A DNA stretch of 64,000 nt from Callorhinchus milii (Eukaryota): positions 90,646,001-90,710,000 of the forward strand of contig NW_024704743.1 in the NCBI RefSeq assembly GCF_018977255.1. Direction: 5' to 3'. Under the pieces are notes generated by a model, which saw only the letters and a program-made list of their open reading frames with translations, ran no database searches and had not been told where the DNA came from. Positions within the stretch are counted from its first letter, which is position 1. Each line of letters begins with the position of its first letter. Position numbers and translations under genes: made by a program. Positions 13,675 to 26,559 of this stretch are shown here, piece by piece.

Positions 13675-15150
13675 AACAGCAACAACAATTTGCACTTACA
13701 TAGTGCCCTCCACACAGGGTAGCATCTCAGAGCACTCAACAGTGGCGAGCCTGACTCCGAGTCGAGGGGAGGGGGAGATGGCCGTAAGCACGGTCGAAGA
13801 GGAAAGTTTTAAGGTGGGATCTTAAAGAGGGGAGAAAGGGGGCAAGGCAGATGGACTGAGGGAGAGTGTTCCATAGTTTTGAGGCATAGTGGCTGAAAGC
13901 ATGACCTCCAATGGTGGGGCGGAGGGTGCAGGGTCGAGCAGGAGGCCAGTGCCAGTCGAGCGTAGGTGCCGCGTGGTGGATTGGGGAATGAGGAGGTCGG
14001 AGACGTAGGGAGGTGCCAGGGAGTGAATGGATTTGAACAAGAGACTGAGGATCTTGAAGTCGATCCATTCAACGATCGGGAGCCAGTGGAGCCTGGCCAG
14101 AACTGGTGAGATATGGATACGGAGTTTGGTCCGGGTCAGTATGTGGGTGGCAGAGTTCTGAATGAGCTGGATCTTGTGAATAGTGGAGCTGGAGAGACCG
14201 GCGAGGAGTGTGTTTGAGTAATCCAGAGGCGACAAATGCACGCACAAGAGTTTTGGCTGCATTTGGGGTAAGGTACGGTCGGAGGCGGGCAATGTGACAG
14301 AGGTGGAGGAAGGCGATCCTGGGCCGGACTGGATGTTAGGGAGAAAGGACAGTTGGGGGTCGAACCGGATGCCTAGATTGCGCACTGGTTCAATGAGTCT
14401 GAGGGAGAGCCCAGGGAGGTTAAGGAGTTTAGATTCACAGGAGTAAAGATGTTGACAGGAGTCGAGGAGTATGGCTTCTATCTTCTCCATATTCAGCTGC
14501 AGGAAGTTTACAATCATCCAGGCCCTGATGTTTGCCAGACAAGCTGACAGCATATCGGCGGACCTGGAGTTGATGCTGGAGGAGGCAAAGTAGATTTGTG
14601 TGTCATCCACATACATGTGGAAGTTTACCCCGTGTCTGCGGATGACGTTGCCAAGAAGGAGCATACAGATGAGGAAAAGAAGAGGGCCAAGGATGGTGGC
14701 CTGGGGTACTCCCCAGGTAACCAGGGAGGGGTCTGAGGAGAAACCATTTGCTGAGATAAAGTGGAGGCGGTTGTTTAAGTAGGACTCGAACCATGTGAGT
14801 GCAGTCTCACAAAGGTACATGAGGGAGGAGAGACGGTGGAGGCGGATCGCATGGTCGACTATGTTGAACACAGCAGAGAGATCCAGGAGGACGAGGAGGC
14901 AGAGGGAGCCCTGGTCACAGATAGAGAGAATGTTGTTTGTGACTTTGACAAGCGCTGTCACTGTGCTGTGGGCAGGGTGAAAACCAGACTGCAGGGGCTC
15001 GAGGAGGGAGTGGAGGGAGAGGTGTGACCGAAGTTGACCTGTAACAATGCAATTCAGGACTTTGGCGAGGAAGGGTAGGTTGTTGATGGGATGGTAGTGT
15101 GAGACATTAGAAGGATTGAGGGTGGGTTTTTTGAGCAGGGGTGCAATGAC
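13675..15150 (-). mobile_element. L2 LINE, reverse-transcriptase region, degenerate
   Basis: PLLKKPTL...NLPFLAKV...QSGF...LLDLSA.F...GVPQ.TILGPLLF...YVDDTQ (decayed YADD). Confidence 0.92.
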
Positions 15151-15409
15151 ATCCCTCCTCAATATATTCCAAGTGATGAATTTTATTCAGATTTCTCCTC
15201 CCTAGTGATTCATTTCATTGATTTTTTTTCAGTCTTCTTCCTCATTTCTGGTGGACAACTCTACAATTCTATCATCACTAATGTATCGGCATTCCTCATC
15301 GTCATCCATTTTTGTGAGAGACTAGCCAGTGAGTATCATTGAGCCAAGTGTGGTGGGGCATCGTTTCAGAGGCTTATTGGTCTCCATCCACTATATTTTG
15401 AGCCAGTCC

Positions 15410-16150
15410 AGAACCTAGGTGTTTTGTTTAACCCTCATCTGTCCTTTCTACCCCATATCCATTCTATAACTCGCTCTGCCTTCTCCCACATTTGCAAAAT
15501 CACCTGGCTCCGCCACTGTCTCACCCCTCAGGCCGCCGAAATCCTCATTCATGCATTCATCACATCTAGGCTCGACTACGCTAACTCCCTACTTGTCGGC
15601 CTTCTCAAATGTTCCCTCCACAAGCTGCAGATCATCTGGAACTCTGCAGCGAGTGTCCTCTCCTGCACCCGGCTCCGCGACCCCATTAAACCCACCCCCG
15701 CCCGGCCCAACTAGCTCCCCATCCCTTAGAGGATCAAGTTAAAAATTCTCGTCCTCACCTTTAAGGCCCTCCATAGCCTTATCCCCTCCTATCTCTCCGA
15801 CCTGCCTACTCCTTATCAACCTGTCCGCTCCCTCCAATCAGCAGGCTATGGCCTGCTCCATATCCCCGCCTAGTCCTCCCCACCATTGGTGGTCGGGCCT
15901 TCAGCCTCTCTGCCCCCACCCTCTGGAACTCCATCCCACATTCCCTTTGCCTCACTGCCTCCCTTGCCTCCTTCAAGGCACAGCTCAAGACCCTCCTCTT
16001 TGACCATGCCTTCAGCCACCCTCCTACCACCACCCTTCCTGATCCCAGCATTCCCCCCCCACCCCACTCGGGTCCTAATCCCTGACTGTTCAGCGCCTTG
16101 GGATGTCCTCCCAACGTGAATTGTGCTTCACAAATGTAATTTTGTATTGT
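15410..16150 (+). mobile_element. L2 LINE 3' fragment
   Basis: [19 protein letters not shown]2 3' UTR and tail. Confidence 0.85.
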
Positions 16151-18829
16151 ATTGAGAAAACTTTGAATAAGCTCGTGCTCCAAAACACTATCCTGTATGA
16201 TGCAGGCTAATATAAATCTAAGCTGTTGTTACTGAATGTAATCTTTTAAGTTGTTACTCAATCAAAGGAATTTCAATAACCCCATCATCACTCAAGAGAG
16301 TCAACTGGCTGTCAACGCAGCCCCATGTTACAGTTATCTTCAATAACACATACAACTTGGTTCCATTTCCCATGCTTACCACTGAACCTCTGTTACTATC
16401 TATTTTCCTATTCCATTAACCACCACCATTATGGCTCCCACATTTTGCTTTTCATTGTGTGGAGAAAGAGACGTACTTTGCCCAATAAGAGAATTTAAGA
16501 AAATGTCTTTTCTCACCAGAGTGAATAATGTGTTTTTCTGAAAATAAATTCTTCTCTCGTGATTCACCTAAAAAATAAAGTCACTTCACTTTACAGTAAA
16601 TCTTATGAAGCGCTTTGAGATGTTTTCCTGACATGAAAGATTTTTATTAATCTATGGATTTCTATAGTATTATTAGTAACTTTCCTGTGTATGTTTAGTC
16701 TTATTTTCAAGATGTGTTTGTTTCTTGTACCAGTCAAATTTGTGGAATATTGCTCTGCCCAAATTGGCTGCCACATTCACCCAGAAAATAATAATATATT
16801 AACCCCTGCCTTTCATATAGCTCTTATCACATCATTGAAACATCTCAAAGAGCTTCACAGGATATACTGTACAATGGATTGACTGTGTATTTTGGGGTGA
16901 AATGTGGCAGCGAGTTACGCTCAGCAATGTCCCACAAACAGCCATGGGGTGAGTGACCAATTTTATTTTGAGGGATTTGGGCTAGGACACCAGAAGAAAC
17001 TCCCTTCTCTTTTCAAATAGTGCCATGGAATCTTCAACGTCCACCTGAACAGGCAGATGGGACCTCAGTTTAATGCCTCATCCGAAGAAAATACACACAG
17101 TCACTCCACTTTACAATATATCCTGTGGAGTGCTTTGAGAAGTGTCAACAACGGTGATAAGGCACTATATTATAAGGATTATAAATTAAACATCACATCA
17201 TTTCTGACTATATTTTCATCCATTAAGGCAGAATATCCAGGAATGTATATCCATTTGCATCCAAACATTTTCAAACTTTTCTTCTGATTAGCCGGGTGTT
17301 TGACACACACGGAAACTTATCAATGTGCTTAAAATTATCCAAACCAACCTACTGAAAATTCTGCATATGCATTGAAATTTCCATGTGTCCCTAATGGAAT
17401 GCACACTCTCTCCCTTGAGCCACTGAGCTGCAGCCAGTTCATCTCATACTGGAAAGTGATAGACACAGGTTGTCAAAGAGCCAAGGTTTTGGAGTATGTT
17501 GGAGAATTGCTGGAGTTTAACCAGCAACTTGTCAACACTGACTGGCACTTGTCCCGCTGCTCGATCAATTCATAGTATCTTACGGCTCTGGCTTGTGGGG
17601 TTAACAGGAGCTGAGAGGGAAGAATTCCTGACCCCAGTGAATAGGTAAGTATTCATATGATTAGATTGGACATACATGAAATATACATTTATATATTCAT
17701 GATTTGAAGATAATAATAACTCATTGTTGGTATTGCTGGTGTATCACTCATTGATCTGACAAAGAAATTCAACCTATCTTTAAATTTAACATTTTACAAA
17801 ATAAAAACATAAACAGGAATCCAAGGTGAATGTGGACCACAATGAGAATTTGGCTTTCTCGTTATTTAACATTTTGGTAAATGCTCTTTAGAGAATTCTT
17901 ATTTAAAATCCCCATCACCGAACGATTTGTTCCAAATTTGCTGATGTGTATTTAAATATTTAGAGGGAGCTTTAGACACATTAACCACAAAACTCTAGGC
18001 AACTTGGCAGGTTTCCTATTAGCAGTACTGAGAAATATAAGCTCACAGATCTGTCAGCTAAGTACTTTAGAGTGAAATTGATGGGCGGGCCAGAGTTGAG
18101 AGGTCTTTAAATAATGCTTCACTTGTCACCATTATATTTGATAAAACGAGATGATGTTTTAAGGAGCTGGAGGTTTTGTGGGGAAATGATGTCTGGATTG
18201 TTTCCTGGGGACGTTAGGTCATGGCTCACATGGGCTCCAGCCATCTGCCAGTAGAGATGCTGGGAGAGCCAGCATGGGATCAAAGTGCTAATCGGCTTGC
18301 AAACCACACTCACTGCAGTGGGGAGAGTGGAGCTTAAAGCACATTTTATTAGACGGGATGACCTTGAAATGTCCAGCACTTCCCCCTTTAATTGTTAGCC
18401 TCAGGACAACAAGTACATGTCGGCGCTCCCACTGCTCAAGGGTTCAGAAATGGTTAACATTGGTTACCATTGGCCACTTTCCCTCTCCCTCCTCTCCTCT
18501 CCTCTCCCAGGCTATTGCTACGTGTGGACCATCAGTTCAAAACATTATCAGTTGGGAGATTTTCTTGAACTCTCCTGTTTTTATTTCACTCGGTTAACTT
18601 TTCCCCGTTTCCCAATTTGGCAAAAAAGGATATTGCTTGGGTGTAAAATCCGAGTTAGATTCGGACTGAATGCAAGTGTGTTCCCACGTGGCTGTGTGTG
18701 CAAGGGCTGTGTGTTCTCAATCACATAATGTGGTCCATCCACCCCAGGACAACAGTAATCCTCGCACTGAGCAGAAAAATGACAGCATTACAGTCAGATA
18801 CGAGGACCAGGAGGTCAGCACTTCTGATG

Positions 18830-18980
18830 GTGGGACATTGCTGTGCGCAATTGGCTGCCGCGTTCGCCCACAAATAGGCAGTCAATTCACTTTACGGTGT
18901 GTTCTGTGAAGCGCTTTGGGACGTCCTCCCGACGTGAAAAGCGCTATATCAAATGCAAGGATTATTATTATTATTATTAT
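18830..18980 (+). mobile_element. Young SINE 3' part
   Basis: Near-identical to family tail, (ATT)n end. Confidence 0.85.
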
Positions 18981-19089
18981 GTGGGAGGATTGCCACCGGT
19001 GTCCCTGTAAATGCAGTGATACTGTGTGCGGAATAGGGGCACATCTCCTGGTGTGTGCAGCTTCAGTGCAGTGCAAACAGACAGCTCAC

Positions 19090-19275
19090 CAGCCTCGCAA
19101 AGATCCTTTTGCTTTTCTCCTCAGTGCAATAACCTGCGAAGATGCTCCTGTGGATGTAGATGGACGTGTTGGCAATGATCCAGCAACCGATCCACAGAAG
19201 GAAACAGGCGAACGCGGGTTTTCTGACGATCTTTAATCTGATGTGACGGACTCCGGGAGTTCTTGAGGTCGACAT
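19090..19275 (-). CDS. DIPK1C: DIPK1C coding exon 1 (type II signal-anchor)
   Basis: MSTSRTPGVRHIRLKIVRKPAFACFLLWIGCWIIANTSIYIHRSIFAGYCTEEKSKRIFARL then GTGAG donor; basic N-tail, hydrophobic segment and CTxEKSxRI motif typical of FAM69C. Confidence 0.92.
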
Positions 19276-19551
19276 AGTTCAGTCGCTCCCCAGTTTCCAG
19301 CCTCTGCAACTGAACCCCGCAGCAAAATCGCATCCAACTAACTCTGCGCCCCCCCCACCCATCCCCCCACCCACCCCCACCCCGGGCAAGTGGGCGACCT
19401 CCCACACCAGGTCTGTGATGCCTCGAAATAAAGAGAAAACAAAGAAGGATTCAGATCTGCTGCAGTCCGGGGTGTAGCTCTGGGGAGTGAGGGTGCACAC
19501 GATGTGCATCTGACATGTCCATCTTCCTCCCCCCCAGTGGACTGCCTGACT

Positions 19552-19633
19552 GCACACACACACACACACACCACACACACACCACACACCACACACACAC
19601 CACACACACACACACCACACACACACACACACA
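19552..19633. repeat. Interrupted (CA)n microsatellite upstream of the DIPK1C ATG
   Basis: Direct reading. Confidence 0.95.
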
Positions 19634-19742
19634 CGCAAAATCCTCAGAGCAAATGCGCCACAAGTCTGGATCAGAGGAATACTGGAGTCACTGCTGTACT
19701 GGAGCTCAGATTGCTTTTGCATTTAAGCCACGTACTTCCGCA

Positions 19743-19745
<3 letters not shown>

Positions 19746-19781
<36 letters not shown>

Positions 19782-19803
19782 TCTCTCTCTCTCTCTCTCT
19801 CTC
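19746..19803. repeat. (CT)n microsatellite in the DIPK1C promoter region
   Basis: Direct reading. Confidence 0.95.
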
Positions 19804-20969
19804 CTCGCCTGCAGGAGAAGTTTGAGTGAAATTATAACTGGACTCTCACACTCTTACCTACAGATCGATCAGAATGTGGCTGTGGTGGCACAAGGGCTGG
19901 ATTGAAAAGCTAGACTTAAATTTATTGCAAGCAAGAGCATTACAGCAAGAGAGAAAACAGATCCTTACCGAGTGTGGATAAATATTCAATATACCTAAAG
20001 TGTTTCCCACTAAGAAATTGAAGTTGAGCTGGACATTCACGTTGTTGTTATCGTACAGGGTAACTGACCTCTGTTATAAAGCAATGCCTCGGATCCCAAA
20101 GAAGCGCCAGATTCGCACCCATAGCCGGTCTCGAGGAATCGATGAAAAAATGGGATGTTTCATCACAGATTTGATGTGATGACTTGTTGTTTACTGTGCA
20201 AGACCCTCCTCTTCCACCGCACCTTCGGTCACCCTCTTACCCCCACCCTCCCTGCCCTCCACCCCTCCTGATCCAAACCCGCAGCTCGGATCCAAATCCT
20301 TGACTGTCCAGCACTTTGGGATGTCCTCCTGATGTGAAAGGTGCTATATAAATGTAATTTGTTGTTGTTGTTGACATTAAATCTTTGAGGAAACATCACA
20401 TCTTCAGCCCATGAAGTGATGGCATGTCACAGCTCAGAACCACGCAGCCTATTAAGTCTGGTCTGTTGTATTTTTCTCCACATGAGTCAAACTAGTCCCA
20501 CTGTTATGCTCACTACTGCAAATCATTTACCGGTTCTCTTTCTGTCTAGTTAAAATTATTGATGGAGTCTGTTTCCTACAACAGAGTAGTGAGCTGCTGA
20601 CTTTACCATATCTGAGTGAAGGGTTATGCAACAAACCGCTCTTTGATCCAGGCTTGTTGTTTACTGTGCAAACATAACTACATATTTACAATGGCTAAAA
20701 AAAAGTCTAAAGTAGTTTTCTGATCTCTCTCCTGAGGTCAATGACTTGACTCGGGTATGTTTCCACCAGTCACAGGTGCCCCCTCGTGGCAATTGTACAC
20801 TTGTGTACCTAACTAGTGCCTTGCTGCTGCCCTCATAATACATTCCAGACATTTGCACTTTAAAAGCATACGCCACTGAACAGCAATAAAAATTACTCAG
20901 TAAAATCACATGTCTGTTCGCCTACACATATACAGTCACTATATCAAATGGATGCATTATTATTGCTTT

Positions 20970-22430
20970 GTCCTCTCCCCCAATGTCCCCTTCCACCCCA
21001 TCCAGACCATCCACTCCACCTTCTCCCTTCGGCAAGGCTCCTGCCACTTCCCCCGCCTTACACTCCTTTGCCCCCATTTCTCAGACCTCCCTCTCAATTA
21101 CAATCACCCGGATAAAGTTCACCACATGCTGCCCCTCCCCACCCAGCTGCTGGTCACTCAACTCCCCTCCTCTCCCCACTGCTGGCCGACACAGTCAACC
21201 AGTCTCTCTTCTCAGGCTCTGCTCCACTCCCCCTGAAAACTGTCATCACACACCTCCTTGAAAAACCTACCCTCGATCCCTCTAATCTCTCACACTACCA
21301 TCCCATTTCCAACCTACCCTTCCTCGCCAGAGTCCTGGAATACATTGTTGGAGGTTAACTGCGGTCACACCTCTCACTCTACTTCTGCCTCGAGCCCCTG
21401 CAGTCTGGTTTTCGCTTAACAAAGTCACAAACAACATCCTCTCTATCTGTGACCAGGGCTCCCTCTGCCTCCTCGTCCTCCTGGATCGCTCTGCTACATT
21501 CAACACAGTCGACCACTGCCTCTCCTCCCTCATCCACTTTAGTGGGACTTCACTCGCATGGCTCGAGTCCTACTTAACCGACTGCCTCCATTTCATTTCA
21601 GCAAATGGTTTCTTTGCCTCCTCCAGTATCAACTCCAGGTCCTCCGATGTTCTGTCAGCTTGTCTGGCAGACATCAGGGCCTGGTTGAGTGCAAACTTCC
21701 TGCAGCTGAACGTGGACAAGATGGAACGTATAATTCTTGGCTCCCGTCTTCGTCTTCACTCCTGCGGATTTAAACTCCTCAACCCCCCCTAGGCTCTCCC
21801 TCACACTCACCGAACCAGTGCGCAATCTAGGCATCCGGTTCGACCCCCAGCTGTCATTCCTCCCCCACATCTGGTCCCTGGCCAGGACAGTCTTCCTTCA
21901 CCTCTGCCACATTGCCCGCCTCTGTGCGTCCCATACCCCAAATGCAGCTGAAATCCTCGTGCGTGCGCTTGTCACCTCCCACCTGGATTACACAAACGCA
22001 CTCCTCGCCGGTCTCCCCAGCTCCACTATTCAAAAGGTCCAGCTCATTCAGAAATCTACAGCCCGCATACTGACCCGGACCAAACTCCATACCTACATCT
22101 CACCAGTTCTCCACTGGCTCCCCATCACCAAACAGATCGACTTCAAGATCCTGACACTCTTGTTCAAATCCATTCACTCTCTGGCACCTCATTACCTCTT
22201 CGACCTTTTCACGCCCCAATCCACTACCAGGTGCCTCCGCTCAACTGGCACCAGCCTCCTGCTTGTCCCTCGCATCCTCCGCCCCACCATCGGAGGTCAC
22301 ACTTTCAGCCACTACGCCCCGAAACTCTGGCACACTCTCCCACATTCCCTCCACCTTGTCCCCTCTCCTTTTTCAAGTCCTGCCTGAAAACCTTCCTCTT
22401 TGACCGTGCTTAAATGCAAGTTGTTGTTAT
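20970..22430 (+). mobile_element. Internally deleted L2 LINE
   Basis: Same subfamily as 13675-15150 (EPVRNLGIRFDPQLSFLP...HWLPI...GGH.FSHYAPKLW). Confidence 0.88.
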
Positions 22431-24889
22431 TATTTATCTAAAGCAGGGATACCAAGGTCATTTGCAATGCCCCCATGTCACCTCAGCCAAGATCAGCTAA
22501 AGCAGGGATCAGCTAGAGTACAGAGATCAGCACATGATCCAACTTCACGTTTGTACATTTCAGTATCACTCCCGGCAAACTTTATATAGTCAATTCACTT
22601 TACAGTATATTCTGTAAGCGCTTTGAGACATCTCAAAGACATGATATGGTGCTATATCAAATACAAGAATTATTATTATCAAGGGAGCTGTTGAAATTTA
22701 TTTTGAAATAGACTTTTCTTGCAGAAAGATAGATTTCAGTGCATTAGAATTCCTTAATAATTTATTGTTTATGGTATCTATTTGTAAGGAGGAGAACAGA
22801 GTCAATGGTCTGTGGTCAAGTGTATTGCTGACTATTTTGTTATTAATGTCTGCACTTCCTGTGCATTACTGAAGTGATCAGCAAGAATCAATTACATTAT
22901 TATGAAATACCTTTCATGTAAAATAAATATTTCAGAGCACTTTACAGAATTAGACTAATTACATATTAAGTGAATGTTATCCAGGCAAATAGCAGCATCC
23001 AATTGGTTCAGTTTCATACCACAGTAAAATGTCAGTGACACTGAGACAATAAATTTGAATTGTTGCCATCAAATTGGATGAGGGGAGAATATAAATCAGG
23101 ATAACCAAATGAAAGAACTTTTGAATGCAGTGTTTAACCTTGTATAACCTAGGGGTAGAAATCACACCTGAGCTAGCTTTATTAACGTAGCATTTCAGAT
23201 CGTGCAGAATTGTGGCACTTTGTTGGAATTCAGTTTTATCTTTAAAGCTCATGTTCTATATAGTTCTTACAAACTTACAGAAAACCGGCTCAAAAATTGA
23301 AAACCTATATTTAAAAATGTCAGAAATTCTGGATGCTCTGAAATGCTACATTGATAGAGCAGATCTAAACTCAGGTGAAATTTTACCCCATTGGTACTTT
23401 ATCTTTCTGAACAGCCACTGCTCCACTCGAAAGCTCCTGTCTACTGGAAAATTATCTAATTTTTTTGAAATATCTCCAAACAGTCTCTTTGTTCTCAGAC
23501 CTCAAAACCGGTATTGTTCATCAACTAAATGTTTGATGCACAATACCTGATAGTGTCTATATTGCACATCTTCACTGAAACCTCATGTACTGAATTCCCT
23601 CAATGTGGGAGAATACACATTAAGAAAATCCCATCAAATGTACAGAAATGTAATGAGATACATGTCACACACACATTATTCACTGTACATTTTGGAGACA
23701 AAGTTAAGAGAGGCTTGGGGGCAATGATAGGAGATATGCTGGATGGAAAAATATAGGAAATTCAAGAATCATTGAATGATGATAGGGAACCAGAAAGCAA
23801 TTGAGCATGTTACAGCAAAGAGATCCGAGTAGAGATAAGGTAGAGATCTAGCATTTCAAGATCTTTGTCAGCAAATTCCAGACTAAATGACTACAGAAAC
23901 TAAAGACTTTAATTAATCCATCATAGTCAATTCATATTGGTTTGGGGCAACTCTCAGGGTTGCTATAAGACATTGCACTGCAGAGAGTGATAGGACACGA
24001 GGATACAAATTGAAATAGTGAGGTCTATTCATCAACGTGTCTCAAGCTGACCCTCTGTAAGTCAGTGTGGATGCTGCTCTTCCTCTATGTACTAGGAGCC
24101 TACTTTGCCCAAAGGCAGTTTCATAGAAGTAGAAACCAAGATTGGCATGTGAGTGGAAACGTACAACACACATGCAGCATTCCCCAGAAATCCTTTTTGT
24201 GAATATTACAATTTGGATCTCAGTATGCCTTTACTCTCTTTTACTGGAGAAAAGAAGAGGAAACTGCACTAAACTCCAGTTCTCTGAAATGAAGCCCAGA
24301 AGCACATAGAATAATAATCCTTGCATTTGACATAGCGCTTTTCACGTCTTCTAGACATCTCAAAGGGCTTCACAGAATATACTGTAAAGTGAATTAACTG
24401 TATATTTGTGGGAAAAAGCAGCAGCCAATTGCATACAGCAATGTCCCACAAACAGTCGTGGATTGAATGACCAAATTATTTTTTTTTCTTGAGGGATTAT
24501 TATCAGACAAAATACCAGCAGTGAGTGCATTTTTAACATAAGATTGGTAGTACCCTTAGCACTAGAAATAGAGATAGTACTCTCTCAATCATAGTTGATG
24601 CATGGCCTGAAAATCTTTAAGGGTGGTGAGCAAGGGGCAAAGAGAGTCTACGCTAATGACGTAATTATATTGTCATGTCACTGTGTTTAGTAACCAAGAT
24701 AAAATTTATCACTGAACACAAAACAGGCAAAAGGTGAAAGCAGACAACTCACAATCCAATTGCTCAAAGCTATCATTTATTGTTAAGATACCACCTCCAG
24801 CTGGAGGATTTGCTGAATTTCTGATATATTTCGGATTTTAGCTGTCTGAATAATCGGTTAGTGATGCTCAGAGACAGACAAAGGGAAGA

Positions 24890-25445
24890 TACTTCAGCTG
24901 TATAGAGTGTTAGTCAGACCCCATCTGGAGTACTGCGTTCAGTTTTGGGCACCACACCTCAGGAAAGATATATAGACCCTGGAGGTTCACCAAAATGTTA
25001 CCAGGCCTAAAAGGGTTAAGTTACGAGAAAAGGCTGCGTAAATTTGGATTGTATTCCCTTGAGTTTAGAAAGTTGAGGGGTGCTTTGATTGAGGTATTAA
25101 GATGATAAAGGGATTCGATAGGGTAGATACAGCGAAGCTATTTCCTCTTGTTGGGAATCCAAAACAAGTGGCATAGTCTTAAAAATTGGAACCAGGCCTT
25201 TTCAGAGTGAAACCAGGAAGCATTTTTTCACTCAAAGGGTGGTAGAAATCTGGAATCCTCTCCCCCAAAAGGCTGTGGATGCTGGATCCATCCACACTTT
25301 CAAAGGTGAGGTTGACAGATTTTTGGTAGGTCAGGGTGTTAAGGGATATGGCGAAAAAGTGGGAAATTGGAATTGGAAGGATTAGTTGAAGTACAGATCA
25401 GCCATGATCTGATTAAATGGCGGAACAGGCTCAAAGGGCTTATGT
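24890..25445 (+). mobile_element. CR1 LINE 3' fragment
   Basis: [19 protein letters not shown] remnant; CAGATCAGCCATGATCT...AATGGCGGAACAGGCTC 3' end. Confidence 0.88.
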
Positions 25446-26129
25446 AACTGAGAAGTGGCTGCCAGGGGTGAGCATTGATAGTTGCTTCAGACTTCATTTG
25501 ACAGCTTTTGGAACGAAGAACGTATAAGTGTGTGTTATTACTAGAACATGATGAAAATAAGGCAGAACTGTAACTTTAATATTGCTTTCTAATTAGATTC
25601 ACTGCAAAGGTCTGACATTTAGATAGTTCACCTCTTTAAGCACAGAACAAGAGTTTCATCCTAATTTTTGGCTCAATGCAATTTGTTTTCTTTTTGAAGA
25701 GGCAATCTTTGAAACAAAGCACAATACTGTTCAATGTAGCTTATGTTTGTTACCATAGTTACTAACACAGATGTATTGGACTTCAATGCTGATGATCTTG
25801 AACCTTCATGGTTTTTTTCTCTGGGTCACCTGCAGGTTAATACTTTGCAGCCTTGAAGTTCATATGATGCACCTACTGTGGTATGTTACTGCCTAAAGCA
25901 TCTTCACACAAAATTACAGTGGAAACCAAAAGGGATTGAGCTGTAGCCCTAGGTCACTTGGAACAAAAAACAATTAAGTATAATTGTGATCCAGAAGGAA
26001 AATGTTTTCCTTCCGTTAGTCCATAATATATATAAAAAAGAAGCATTTCCTGTGGTCTTCGTAGTTTGAACCAAACTCTTTATTCAGATATCACATGGAC
26101 CTCAGCACATCTATAAACAAAGTTAAACA

Positions 26130-26451
26130 AAGTTCTCTTTGACCGTGCCTTCAGCTCCCCTCTCGACTCTCTTCCCCCTCCTCGCTCCCTCCCTTCCCTC
26201 CCCTCACCCTGACCAATTCCCCCCTCCTTGCTCCCTCCCTTCCCTCCCATCACCCTGACCATTTCCCCCCTCCTCGCTCCCTCCCTTCCCTCCCTTCACC
26301 CTGACCATTTCCCCCCTCCTCGCTCCCTCCCTTCCCTCCCCTCACCTTGACCATTTCCCCCCTGCTCGGGTCATGACCCAACTGTGCAGCGCCTTGGGAC
26401 GTCCTCCTGACGTGAAAGGCGCTTTATAAATGGAATCTTGTTGTTGTTGTT
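26130..26451 (+). mobile_element. Young L2 3' end with 4x tandem expansion of a 46-47 bp 3'UTR unit
   Basis: Matches 58260-58444 except that CCTCCTCGCTCCCTCCCTTCCCTCCCCTCACCCTGACCATTTCCCC is repeated four times. Confidence 0.88.
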
Positions 26452-26559
26452 AAAATCTGCTGAGACAAATGATGGCACAGACATTAATTGTCCAATAATC
26501 TATGCCTTGGCCCAGCCAACAAGCTCTCCATTTCCATATGGAAGGTTGCCAATTTTGGA

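Noticed and set aside
19279..19905. CV- and HT-repeat ORFs
   Set aside because: Translations of (CA)n/(CT)n microsatellites.
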